Assembly: GCA_947631905.1 (NCBI GenBank)
Contig: CANRND010000010.1
Coordinates: 2,827-66,826 of the forward strand
Direction of reading: 5' to 3'
DNA: 64,000 nt
Source: an uncultured Clostridia bacterium
GTDB lineage: Bacteria; Bacillota; Clostridia; Christensenellales; Borkfalkiaceae
The notes under the pieces were generated by a model, which was given only the letters and a program-made list of their open reading frames with translations, made no database searches and was not told the origin of the DNA. Made by a program: the position numbers and the translations under genes. This document shows, one piece after another, positions 11,163 to 21,600 of the stretch (positions are counted from its first letter, which is position 1; the number at the start of each line of letters is the position of its first letter).

Positions 11163-13976
11163 TTATTTGGTAAATTCGAGTTCCCAGATCTTGGCAAGGG
11201 GCGAGGTGTAGGGATTGACCGCAAGCTGGCCCTGTTCGTTGTGCGGCATAGAGCTTTCCTCGATGACGTTGAGGTTATAAGCGTACAACGTCTTTCTCTG
11301 GTAGAGCGGAAGCTCTACGGCAAGGTCGAGAACATAGCTCATCGCGTCTTTGTACTTGGCGGCACGATCGGCGATAACGTCGGTCTCGCGCGCTTCGTCG
11401 ATCAGGACGGAGAGTTTGTTGAGAATATCTCTCTCTTCCTTGTATTCGCTCTGCGCCGTATCCTTGATGGAGGGATAACCCCAGGCAAGCACGCTGGTCG
11501 CGGTGGAGTTCTTATGATACACCTGATACATATCGGGGTCGATCGTGGAACCCCACGCTGCCGCCCATACGGCAAGGGAACCTGTGGAGAGCTTGGTGAG
11601 CCCGTTGGCGTCGGGCTTGATGGAAACTTTCCATCCGCATTCGTCGTTCAGAATATCCATTGCGTTCTTGAACACAAGATATGCGGGGTGGTCGTACATG
11701 TTGGCGCCTGCAATGGTGAATTCGATTTCGAGCGCGGAGTTCCCGGCCGCTACGTTCGCCTGCGCCATATACTGCTTGATGAGTTTCACCGCATTTTCCT
11801 TGTCGGTGTATTTGGTGTACTCATGCTTGTTGTCGTCGTCCTTGTTCGCGGTGGGGTTGGTGCCGTCGTAAGTGGTACCCGTCTTTCTCGGATAAGCCCA
11901 GCTCACGCAGGACATCGGCCAATAGATATTTTCCGCCGTGCCGGCCAGATAGTATTCGAGCGCGAGCGAGGTATCCATCGCCGCCATAATGGCTTTACGG
12001 AGTTCGAGCTTCGGCACTTTTGCGGCGTTGATGCCGATGTAGCCGTAGCCGAGCTGCCAGCTGTCCACAGAGCCGACGCCCTTGCCTTTCAGCTTATCGA
12101 TCTTCTCCGCGTTCTTTTTGGTGAACTGCGGGCTGACAAAGTGGACCTGTCCGCTTTCGAGAGTGGAAAGCGCGTTGGAAACAGACAGCTCCATGTAACG
12201 CATATGCTCGATTTTGGGAACGCACGGCGTTACGCCGTCGAGCGAGAAGTTGTGGTTCGCCTTGTAATAGACGATATTATTCTCAAAGAAACCCTCTGCG
12301 GTGGGTTGGTCTCTGTCGTTTTTATCCGTTGCGATGTAGGGACCCGCGCCCAGCGGCACTTTGGTCTTTTTCACGCCCCAGCTGTTGTCGCCCTGCAAAA
12401 TGGTCGTCTGGAAGTCGGAATCCGCCCACGCGACGCCGAACTTGTTGCTCGCAATATCCACTTCGCCAACGTTTTGCCAGCAGGATCTCTTCAAGAGTTC
12501 CTCATTCGAAGCGGTATCGGGGATCGCAAGATTTTTCTTTGCGAGAGCGGTCTGCGCGCCCTTGTCGGAATAATAGTGATAGGGCGCTACGGTGAAGCCG
12601 AAGTTCCACTTCGCTTTGGGGTCGATCTTGTTGATGGTGATGCGCAGAACGTCGTATTCGCCGGCATTTTGGGGAGTGCCGTCGGGGTTGTGGTCGTGCG
12701 CGACGGGATAGCTCTTATCGCCGATGTCGACTTTGGTCTCCTGCGTGGTATGGCCGAGGGAGACGATCCCCGAAACATTCTTATGTTTGAGTTCCGTGCC
12801 GTCCACGTCTCTGTGGAGGAGAATATCTTTCGCCTTGCCGGTGAACTCGGTGAGCAGCTGCGTACCCGTCGCCCAGTATTGCAAAACCTGGTCGAGCGCG
12901 CCCTGCGTGTTGCTTCTGTAAACGAAATCGATCGCCTGCTCTTCGTTCGTGATGGTGTTGGGGTTATAGCTCAGGGTTGCCTTTTCGATCTTCTCCATGT
13001 TTTTCCCTTTGCCCGCTTCGGTCGGATACTCGACCTGCACGAGGTGTTCCGCATACATGAAAGAAATGATCTCGTCGAAGCCCGTTCCGATCTGCTGTCC
13101 GCTGTAATAAATGGGCGCGGACTTGTAGGGTTCCTCCGTGTAGGAACTGCGCGCGCTCTTATAGTCGCTTTTAAGTTCTTCCTTGAACTTGTCGAGCGCG
13201 TTCTGGTAGTCCTCCCAAAGCTGGTCGCATGCCGCCTCATAGTCCTCTAAGCCGATCGCTTCGAGATAGCTGTCGGGAAGAGGATAATCGGGATTGCCGC
13301 CATTATGATAGGCTTCTTTCATCGCCGCGATCGCGTTCTTCATGTCCGTCTCGCTCGCCGAATGTGCTGCGCTCGGGGAAGGATCGTCCATCTGCGCGAC
13401 TTCGCGGTAAAAATCCACCAACGCCTGTATGCGGTTCCGTGCATAGTTGTTTGCGCTGTTGTTGGTTTCCTCGTCCGCGTTGTCGTCGCTCGTATTCTTC
13501 TGCGTTCTGTATGCCTGCAAGCCCACGATGTCCGTCGAATACATGGTGGTGGACCCCGTGTAAGCGGGATCGAGATAGACATAGAGATTGAACATGACGT
13601 CGTTCATCGTGAGCGGTACGCCGTCCGAGAATTTGAGCCCGTTTTTGAGGACGTAATAATAAGAGGTGGTGTCCGTTGCGGGATCGTATTCGCTCTTATA
13701 GTCGAGAACGACGGTGGGTTCGTCGTTTCCGTAGGCAAGATCGCCGTTTTCGTCCGTGGAGAGCATGGAGATCTGGGTCTGGCCTACGACGTCCATATCC
13801 GTGCCTGCGGTGGAATAGAACGGGTTGTAAAGCTCGTTCAGATCTTCCGTCATGATGACGAGCGCCGCCTTGTCGGAGGGGATGCCGCCGCAACCTGCGA
13901 GGAGACTGACGCTCCCCATGCAAAGCACCGAACCGACTGTGAGTGCGATTGCACGTAGCGCAAATTTCTTTTTCAT
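11163..13976 (-). CDS. oppA: Oligopeptide-binding lipoprotein, SBP family 5, unusually large (937 aa)
   Basis: Signal peptide with lipobox LLAGC. Family-5 core YYYVLKNGLKFSDGVPLTMNDVMFNLYVYLDP. First gene of the ABC cassette. Confidence 0.88.
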   Translation of the reverse strand: MKKKFALRAIALTVGSVLCMGSVSLLAGCGGIPSDKAALVIMTEDLNELYNPFYSTAGTDMDVVGQTQISMLSTDENGDLAYGNDEPTVVLDYKSEYDPATDTTSYYYVLKNGLKFSDGVPLTMNDVMFNLYVYLDPAYTGSTTMYSTDIVGLQAYRTQKNTSDDNADEETNNSANNYARNRIQALVDFYREVAQMDDPSPSAAHSASETDMKNAIAAMKEAYHNGGNPDYPLPDSYLEAIGLEDYEAACDQLWEDYQNALDKFKEELKSDYKSARSSYTEEPYKSAPIYYSGQQIGTGFDEIISFMYAEHLVQVEYPTEAGKGKNMEKIEKATLSYNPNTITNEEQAIDFVYRSNTQGALDQVLQYWATGTQLLTEFTGKAKDILLHRDVDGTELKHKNVSGIVSLGHTTQETKVDIGDKSYPVAHDHNPDGTPQNAGEYDVLRITINKIDPKAKWNFGFTVAPYHYYSDKGAQTALAKKNLAIPDTASNEELLKRSCWQNVGEVDIASNKFGVAWADSDFQTTILQGDNSWGVKKTKVPLGAGPYIATDKNDRDQPTAEGFFENNIVYYKANHNFSLDGVTPCVPKIEHMRYMELSVSNALSTLESGQVHFVSPQFTKKNAEKIDKLKGKGVGSVDSWQLGYGYIGINAAKVPKLELRKAIMAAMDTSLALEYYLAGTAENIYWPMSCVSWAYPRKTGTTYDGTNPTANKDDDNKHEYTKYTDKENAVKLIKQYMAQANVAAGNSALEIEFTIAGANMYDHPAYLVFKNAMDILNDECGWKVSIKPDANGLTKLSTGSLAVWAAAWGSTIDPDMYQVYHKNSTATSVLAWGYPSIKDTAQSEYKEERDILNKLSVLIDEARETDVIADRAAKYKDAMSYVLDLAVELPLYQRKTLYAYNLNVIEESSMPHNEQGQLAVNPYTSPLAKIWELEFTK

Positions 13977-14020
13977 TTTCCTATACTCCTTTTCTTGATT
14001 TCGCTATATAAAAATTTATA

Positions 14021-15649
14021 TCAACCGATTTTGATTTCGCCCGTGGCGGAGTCCGCGACGGAGGCGGAAATGCGATCCGTTTTTAAGACGATCCTATCGC
14101 CGATCTGCACGCCGCCCGTGACGAAGTTGCCCGTCAAAAGCCCGATCTGGTAGGGATACGTGGGTGTGGCCAGCCCCGTATCGGGGTTGAAGCCTCTGTC
14201 GTAATAGACGGTGTCCGCGATGAAGAGTTCGCCCGAAACCGTTACGTTGGTCAGAGTCGCTTCTGCGCTCATCTCGCCCGCGAAAAGCCCGAACATTGCA
14301 CCCGTTTTGCGGGAAGCCGCTTCGAGATTATAAGTAATGTTCCCAAACGTGATGTTCTCGAACGCTGCGGTTTCGGAGATCGTGCCGAACAGCCCGCCCC
14401 GCGTGTCTTCCGCCGAGGTCTGATGAATGGTAACGCCCGAGATCGTATGGTTGTTGCCGCGGAACGTACCCGTGAAACTGCCCTGGCTGAATGCGGTGGG
14501 CCATTCGTCCTCTTCGCCGTATTCGAGGTCGGCAAGCAATTCGAAACTGCGCGCCGCGCCCGCGTTTGCCGCAAGCTGTTCTTTGGTTTTGATGCGGTAC
14601 CAAACGCCCTTTTCCCATTTGGCGAAGTAGCGGGTGACATTCCCCGTTGCGGTGGCCGTCTCCTCGTCCCACGTGCCGTGGTTTTCGAGGACGGTCAACG
14701 CTCCCGTGCCGTTTGCAAAGTCCTCTTCGGTGGCGTAAGCGTTGACAAACGTCTTGTCTGCGGGGGTGGAGAAGTCGCCGTATTCGAGCGCGCCCGTCTC
14801 ATCGTTCCAGACGGGAACGGAGAGCGTGCCGAGGTCCTCATGAATGGGATTGAAGCGGCGGGAAGAGACGGAATACCACGTCTTTCCGTTGTCGAGGAAA
14901 GATACGCCGCCGCAGGTCTCGGTAATGGTTTTTCCGTTCTCGTCCACCTCGCCCGTATCGATCTGCGCGGTGCAGCGCTCGGGCTTGGTCTCTTGGTGAT
15001 AGGCGGTTCCGCACTTTTCGCAAACCCATTCCTCTTCCTGTCCCTGCAACTCATAGGAGAACTCGGGGACCCACGCCGCGTAGAGCGTGAACGCATATCC
15101 GCCGTCCTCTTCGTATACGAAATCGTTGCGTTTGAGGAGAGAGCTGAAATCCCATTTTTCCGCATAAGTATAGCCCTGCGGCTTGCCGTATGCGGAATAA
15201 TAGGTCTTTTGCACGTTGCCGTCGTCGTCATACACGGGATTTCCGCCCGCGTCGAGAAGGTCGGTCTCTACGTCGCAGAGGTTCCCCTCTTCGTCGAGCG
15301 GGTTTCCGTTCCCGTCCACACGGGGCGAGCGCACGGCGTACCATCCCGCAAGAAAGTAGCCGTCCCGCTCCACGTTGAAGCTGTCGGTGCCGATCGGGCC
15401 TTTCCCCGTATCCTGGGGTTCATACAGCTTGATCCCCTTTTGTACGTCCTCGTACCGATAGGTATTCACGATCTTGCTGTCGTTTTTTCCCGCGGCCTTG
15501 CCCCCGTTCGCGTCGTAACAGACGGAGAACGTATAGCCCTCTTGCGCGTAGTCTTTGTAGGGACTATCGTTGGAACTGCACGCGCCGAAGATGAGCGTCC
15601 CCGCGCACAGCGCCGCAAGCCCGATGATGATCTTCGTTCTCTTTCTCAT
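14021..15649 (-). CDS. Lipoprotein with Listeria-Bacteroides (InlB B-type) repeat, a Cys4 motif and a GLUG-like C-terminal region
   Basis: Signal plus Cys (LIFGACSS). YTFSVCYDANGGKA...RDGYFLAGWY and YAFTLYAAW are typical Flg_new/InlB-B repeat motifs. Also CEKCG...CTAQ...ETCGG, and FTGTFRGNNHTISGVTI...GGLFGTISE, which is GLUG-like. The ATG lies 1 nt after the upstream stop. Confidence 0.8.
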   Translation of the reverse strand: MRKRTKIIIGLAALCAGTLIFGACSSNDSPYKDYAQEGYTFSVCYDANGGKAAGKNDSKIVNTYRYEDVQKGIKLYEPQDTGKGPIGTDSFNVERDGYFLAGWYAVRSPRVDGNGNPLDEEGNLCDVETDLLDAGGNPVYDDDGNVQKTYYSAYGKPQGYTYAEKWDFSSLLKRNDFVYEEDGGYAFTLYAAWVPEFSYELQGQEEEWVCEKCGTAYHQETKPERCTAQIDTGEVDENGKTITETCGGVSFLDNGKTWYSVSSRRFNPIHEDLGTLSVPVWNDETGALEYGDFSTPADKTFVNAYATEEDFANGTGALTVLENHGTWDEETATATGNVTRYFAKWEKGVWYRIKTKEQLAANAGAARSFELLADLEYGEEDEWPTAFSQGSFTGTFRGNNHTISGVTIHQTSAEDTRGGLFGTISETAAFENITFGNITYNLEAASRKTGAMFGLFAGEMSAEATLTNVTVSGELFIADTVYYDRGFNPDTGLATPTYPYQIGLLTGNFVTGGVQIGDRIVLKTDRISASVADSATGEIKIG

Positions 15650-15650
15650 A

Positions 15651-18600
15651 TTATTTGTCGTCCGATGATTGTTCGGTCCCCTCTTGGGGTTCCGTTTGTT
15701 CGGTCTCTTCCTTATTTTCCTCTTCCGCGCTTTCTGCCGCGTCGGCGTCTTGCGTCTCTTCGGTCTCTTCGGAGGTTTCGCCCTCGGTTTCGGACGTCTC
15801 TTCCGCAGGTTCGGTCCCGTCCGTCTCCCCTTTCTTGGACTTTTTGAGGAGCAGGACCGCTACGACCGCCGCAATCGCCGCGACCGCGACAACACCCGCT
15901 ACGATATACAGCCAGAGATAAGGGTTCCCTTGGGGCGTATTGTCCTCGTCGGGGCCTTTCTCCTGCGAGTGCAGATAGCTGATGCGGTTCTCCGCGGTGA
16001 GGAGTTTTTGCAGATTTTCATTGTAAACGCAACCCTGCTGGTCGGGATTGAGCGCGTCGTAGAGTTCTCTGATGTGCTTCACCGTCGCCTCGTCTTCGAG
16101 GGACACGGTCTCGGGCAGAGCGTCGATGAGGTCGATGACAAGCTGTGCGTCGTCGCTGACCGCCGTCGGGCCGTTGAGGATCACGTCAAAGTACTGTCCG
16201 TAGATGAAGTTCTCATAGCCCGTGCCGTTAATGGGGCGGACCATGACGAGCGTCTTGTTCTTGTGAACTTCTCTTCCTTCGGGGGTGCCGATCGCCGCAA
16301 CGAAGTTCGCGCCGAAGAGGATCCCCGTGGGATCGGCGCTCCACGTGCGGTACGGAACGATTTCCGCCCCGTAATATGTGCCTCTGAAATTGTAACTGCC
16401 CACGTTATAGAGGAGATAGTTCGAGATACCCGAATCGCCCGTTCTTCCGAGCGCGAACTCGGCGTCGTACTGCTCTTCGAGGATCGGGGCTTCGATGCTC
16501 GTAAATGCGACCGCCGCAAGCTGGTTGCATTCGTAGAACGCTTTATCGCCGATCGCCTTTACGCGGCGGCCGATTTCCACGGAGTAGAGCTTGGAGCCGA
16601 GGAACGCCCGCGCGCCTATGCGCACAACGTCTTTCGCTACGGTGAACGATTCTCCTTTCTTCTCGATAGGATAGGTGATCAAAACGTATCCGTTGGGGCA
16701 TCTGCCGAAGAGAACGCCGTCGACAACTTTTGCGTTTTCGCCGAGGCCGAAAGTGGTTTCGCCCGCGTCGTTCTTGAAATCTCCGATCTTACATCCTGCG
16801 AACGGATTTTCTCCCAACAGCGTGAGGTTTTCGCCGAGTTTCACGGATTTGAGCTTGCTGTCCGCGAACGCGAAGTTGCCGAGGAGGGAAACGCCCGAAA
16901 GGTCGGCGGTTTCAAGCGCGGTTTGTTCAAACGCCTGCGCGCCGATAGAGGCCGCTTTTTCGAGATTGTTGACCGTTGCAAGTTGCGTGCAACCCGAGAA
17001 CGCGCTCGCGCCAACCGCAGCGTTTTCCGCAAGGGAGACCGCCTTGATCGCCGTGTCCGTAAACGCGCCCACGCCGACGGAAGCAAGTTCTCCCGCCTCG
17101 AAGCCCATAAGCGCGGTGCAGCCGTAGAACGTTTCGGCGGGAACATTGTCGAGCCACTCGGGAAGTTTTACGGTCGTAAGGGAAAGATTTTGCCCGAACG
17201 CGCCCGCCCCGAGCGGAGTTTCCGCTTCGGGATCGAGGCCCGAAAGATCGATTTCGGTGAATGCCGCGGCAAAAGGCGTTGCGCGGACGGCCACCAGACC
17301 GACGTCGGAATAATTTACATATTCAAGCTGCTGCCCCATGAACGCATAGTTGCCGATGGACTTCACTTTGGAGAAGTCGATGTCGCTGAGATAATGGCAA
17401 CCGCTGAACGCTTCGTCTCCGATCACCGTACCCTCGCCGAGCGTCACCGTCGTCAAACGGCCGCCGATGGAGATCGTTCCGCCGCTCGTTGTAGGCAGGT
17501 TGTAACTGCCCGAGCCCGCACCCTGGAAAGCAAAACCGCCGATCGTTACATTCTTGCCGATCGTAACACTCGTCAGCGAGGACAAGTAGGGGTTGATATA
17601 GGTGGGGATCGACTGTGTGTTTGTGACGTAGGTATTGCCGCTGCTGATGGGACCGCCCGTCAGAGTGGCAACGCTGATCGCGGAGAACGCGCCGTTCCCG
17701 ATCGTAACGTTGTCCCCGACCGTGACGGTGGTCATGGCGTAATTCGCAAAGAACGCACCCTCGCCGAGAACGGTCTGCGCGCCCACGCTCACCGTACGGA
17801 GCGAGTAGTTCTGCGCAAACGCATACTCACCGATTTTCATGTTTTCGGGCAGAGTCACGGTAAGAAGATTGGTCGCGGAGAACGCGCGCTCGCCCACCGT
17901 TATGCCGGGGTTCAAAGTCGGAAGGGTGGTGATGGCGGTGCGGAAGAACGCATAGTCGCCCACGCTTTCAAGCCGTCCCAGCGAAACGGAACTGAGTTGC
18001 TGGCAATTCGAGAAAGCGTAGTCCCCCACTTTCGTTACGGCGGGCATAGTCACTTGCGTAAGGCCCGCGGCAACGGAGAACGCGCCTTCGCCGATCTCGG
18101 TGATCTGCGTATCGCGGAACGTCATTGTGGCGGGAGCGATGAGCGCAAGAACGCCCGTATCTTTTTCGAGAAGATACTGCCCGTTGGGCGAAGCCGTAAA
18201 GTTGGGGTTGGCGGGATCGACTTCGAGCCTTGAAATCTTGGTGCCGCGGAGGGCATAGTCGCCGATGACTTCCACGTCCGCGCCGATTTTGAGCTTGCTA
18301 AGCGCCGTGCATCCGGCGAAGAGCTGTTCGGGCAGAACGGAGGCGTTGAGTTCCATCACCTGGATCTTCGAGCAACCGTAGAACGCCTGCGCGCCGATCT
18401 TGACTTTCCGCGCCGAGATGGAGACGCTTTCAATGGCCGAGTCGCCCGCAAACGCCTGCGCGCCGATAGATTGGGTCGTGGCGGGAAGCGAAACGCCGAT
18501 AAGCCCCGCGTTTGCGAACGCGCCGTCCCCGATCGCCACGATGGAGCGGAACGGGAAGCTCGTCAGCAAGCCGCAATTTTCGAACGCCTGCTGGTTGATG

Positions 18601-21600
18601 AATTGCAGATTGTTCTCTCCATTGAACTTGACGGTGGCAAGCGATCTGCAATCGCGGAAAGCGCCCGTCTGGATCTTCGTCAACGTAGAGGGGAACGTTA
18701 CGGAGCGCAAATTCGTGAGGCCCGCAAAGGCGTACATGCCGATGGTCTTGACGCCCTCGGGAATGACGACTTCGGTGATGATGTCGTTGCCGATATACCA
18801 CTGTTTGCTGTAAAGCGGGTCCTCTTCGGTGATCTCGTCGCCCGCGGCGAGGTCTTTCGGCACAAGTTCGTAGTTGGAGAACGCGAACTGCTGGATCTCC
18901 GTAATGCCGAGGTCGAGAGGGATCTCCACCTTATCCCCGAGGCCCATATAGCTGAGAAGATACGGCCCGTTCGTGGTGTAAGGCGCTTTCACCGTGACGG
19001 AGATGGAACGCGTCATAATGGTGGACTTATATTCCCCCGTGTCGGGATCGCGCATATACAGGCGGACGGAAATATTCGCGGAACGCTCGTAATTGAGCGG
19101 TTTGCCGCTCGTGTCCACGTTCTTCGCGGTGATCTGCCCCGTCTCCTTGTTCACTTCCACCACATTGGGGTTGCTCGAAGTGAACTCCACTTTATATTCG
19201 CTTTCGTCGAAATACCCTCTCAGATCGTATTGGATGGTAACGGATTCGGAGGGAAGCATTTTGAGCGAGTAGCTATCCGAAGAAAACAGGACGATGTCCC
19301 CCGCTTCGGTAGCGCCGAGATCGCGCTCGTCGCTCGAAAGGAAGTAGTAGACGCGGTTGACTTCGTAACCCGTCAAACGGAAGTTCTCCGCAATGGGACG
19401 GTCGAAATCTTCGAACTCATCATCTTCGGGTTTCCAGACGTGTACTTTTACTTTCGTTGTGATCGCGGGGTTGTGGTTGCTCGTTGCGGTGAGTTCCGCG
19501 TCGCCCGAGGAAACGCCGATGAGCTTGCCGTTGACGACCCGCGCGACTTTCTCGTCGCTCGAAGTATAAATGATGCTCTCCGCCCATGCCACGTCCTGCG
19601 AAGGGCTGATCGTGGGTTTGAGACGGTAGATCTCGTTGGGAGAGATGTTGATCACGTCTTCCTCGAAATCGATTTTGCCGATCTCGTCGGGGATCGTAAG
19701 CTCGAACATGGAAACGTTCTGCGCGCAGTCCACAAGCTGTACGAGGAAACTGTTCTTACTGTAAGATTCCTCCTTGATGATGTTCAGGCTGTCGGTAAGA
19801 TCGATCTGTACGACGCTCGTGGAGTTGCGCCCGCCGTTGACAGGAACGATGTAGCGGTCAAAACTGTAAAACCCGTACGGGGCGTCGGCGCCTGGTTCGC
19901 TTTCGACGAGATAACCCGGGATGATGCCGCGCACATAATGATTGTCGTATACGCTGATATTTGCGTAGAGCCTGTTCGTTTCGGTGTCCCTGTCGTACTC
20001 GTAGGTATATTCCACGCCCGTGACGATGGGAGCGGTGAAATCGGCGTAGAACGGGAACTCGAACGTGTTGTTGGCAACGCTGCCGTCCTTGTAGTCGATA
20101 TAGCCCGTCAAACGGAAGAGATACTTGGTATTGTTTTTGAGATCGTAATCCGCCGCGCTGAAATCCACGTCGAAACTGCTGCCGTAGATCGCGCCGCCGT
20201 AGTTATACGCCTTGGACAGGTTGCGCTCTTCCTTTGCGAACACGAGTTCGCCCGTCGTGGTATCGGTGACGGTCGCCACCATCCGCTTCGCGCCGCGCAG
20301 AAGCCCGAGCTGTACGCTGTAAATGGAGTTGATGCCGCCGCCCTCGCCCGTTTGGTTGGTGAGCGCGATGTGGTCCCTGTCCGCGGAGATCTTGTTCGTG
20401 GAGCTGGGGTCCTGCAAGAACGGGAACGCGCCGAGATAGGCGATGTAGTCGTCGTACAGACCGCCGATGGGACGGGTCGCATAAGCGTCGGGGAGAGTCT
20501 TTTCGAGCGTCTCTTTGCTGTCGTCGAGTTCGTCCGCGTTGGTCGCAAAGTAGTCGAGGTCGAAGAGAGGCGCCGCGCTCCACGAACCGTAGAACGCGAG
20601 GAAAGGTGCGTTCAGATCGTACTTGTTGCTGCCGTTGCTCCTGTCTTTGAGCGTGACGAACCCTTCCACATACATGCCGTTTTTGAAAGAACGTTCGATG
20701 TATTCTTTATTCTCTTCGGTAAGGGTCACCGTGAGGGTGACGGTTGCGGTGGTTTTGCCGCTGACCGTGACGGAATTTCCCGAACGGGTGCAGTTTTCGG
20801 CTCCGGTCACTTCGATCTTCGCGCCGTCGAGCAGATAGCCTTTTTCCGTAACGGTGGTATCGCCCTTGTAGGTGAGGACCTCGCTCACGCCCTCCGTCAT
20901 CACGGTCGCGCTCACATCGTAAGAAACGTTGCTGTTTCCGATGTTGACGATGTTGAACTTCATCGTGTACACGCCCGTTTTGCCGGGGTCGTCGCCGAGT
21001 TCGATCTTGGCCTTATCCATGATCTCGCCCGAATCCCGGTCGAACGTCTCCAAATATGCGGGCGAGTGGGTGGATTTTTCGAGATTGGCAAGCCCCGCGC
21101 CCTGTTTTCTCACGGAGAACGGAAGCCCGTTGGTGTTGAGCGCAATGTCCGCGGTGGACATCATGATCTGGTTCACGGTTGCGGTGATCTTGCGCCTGGT
21201 CTCGGGATCGTTGCCCTCGAACCCGAAGTTATCTTTCACGTATTGGCGGACAAGCGCCGTAACGCCCGCCTGGTTGGGGGACGCCATCGAGGTACCCGAC
21301 ATTCTGTCGTAGCTCTGCCCGGGGATGGCGGAATAGATGTCGCCGCCGTGCGCCGTGATCTCGGGTTTGATGCGGAGATCGGGCGTGGGACCCCACGAGG
21401 AGAAGTCGGACATGAACGGACCCGCTTCCTGAGAGCGGCTGATCCTGATCTTCTTCGTAGCGGCTCTCAGAAGCAGTTCGCCGTCGTCCCGCGAAAGGGA
21501 GCAGACGGGATAGTTGCCGAGCCGCCCGACGTTCATCGAGATCGTACCCGAAACGTTGTTATAGATGATGCAGCCCACCGCGCCGTATTTGCGCGCAAGG

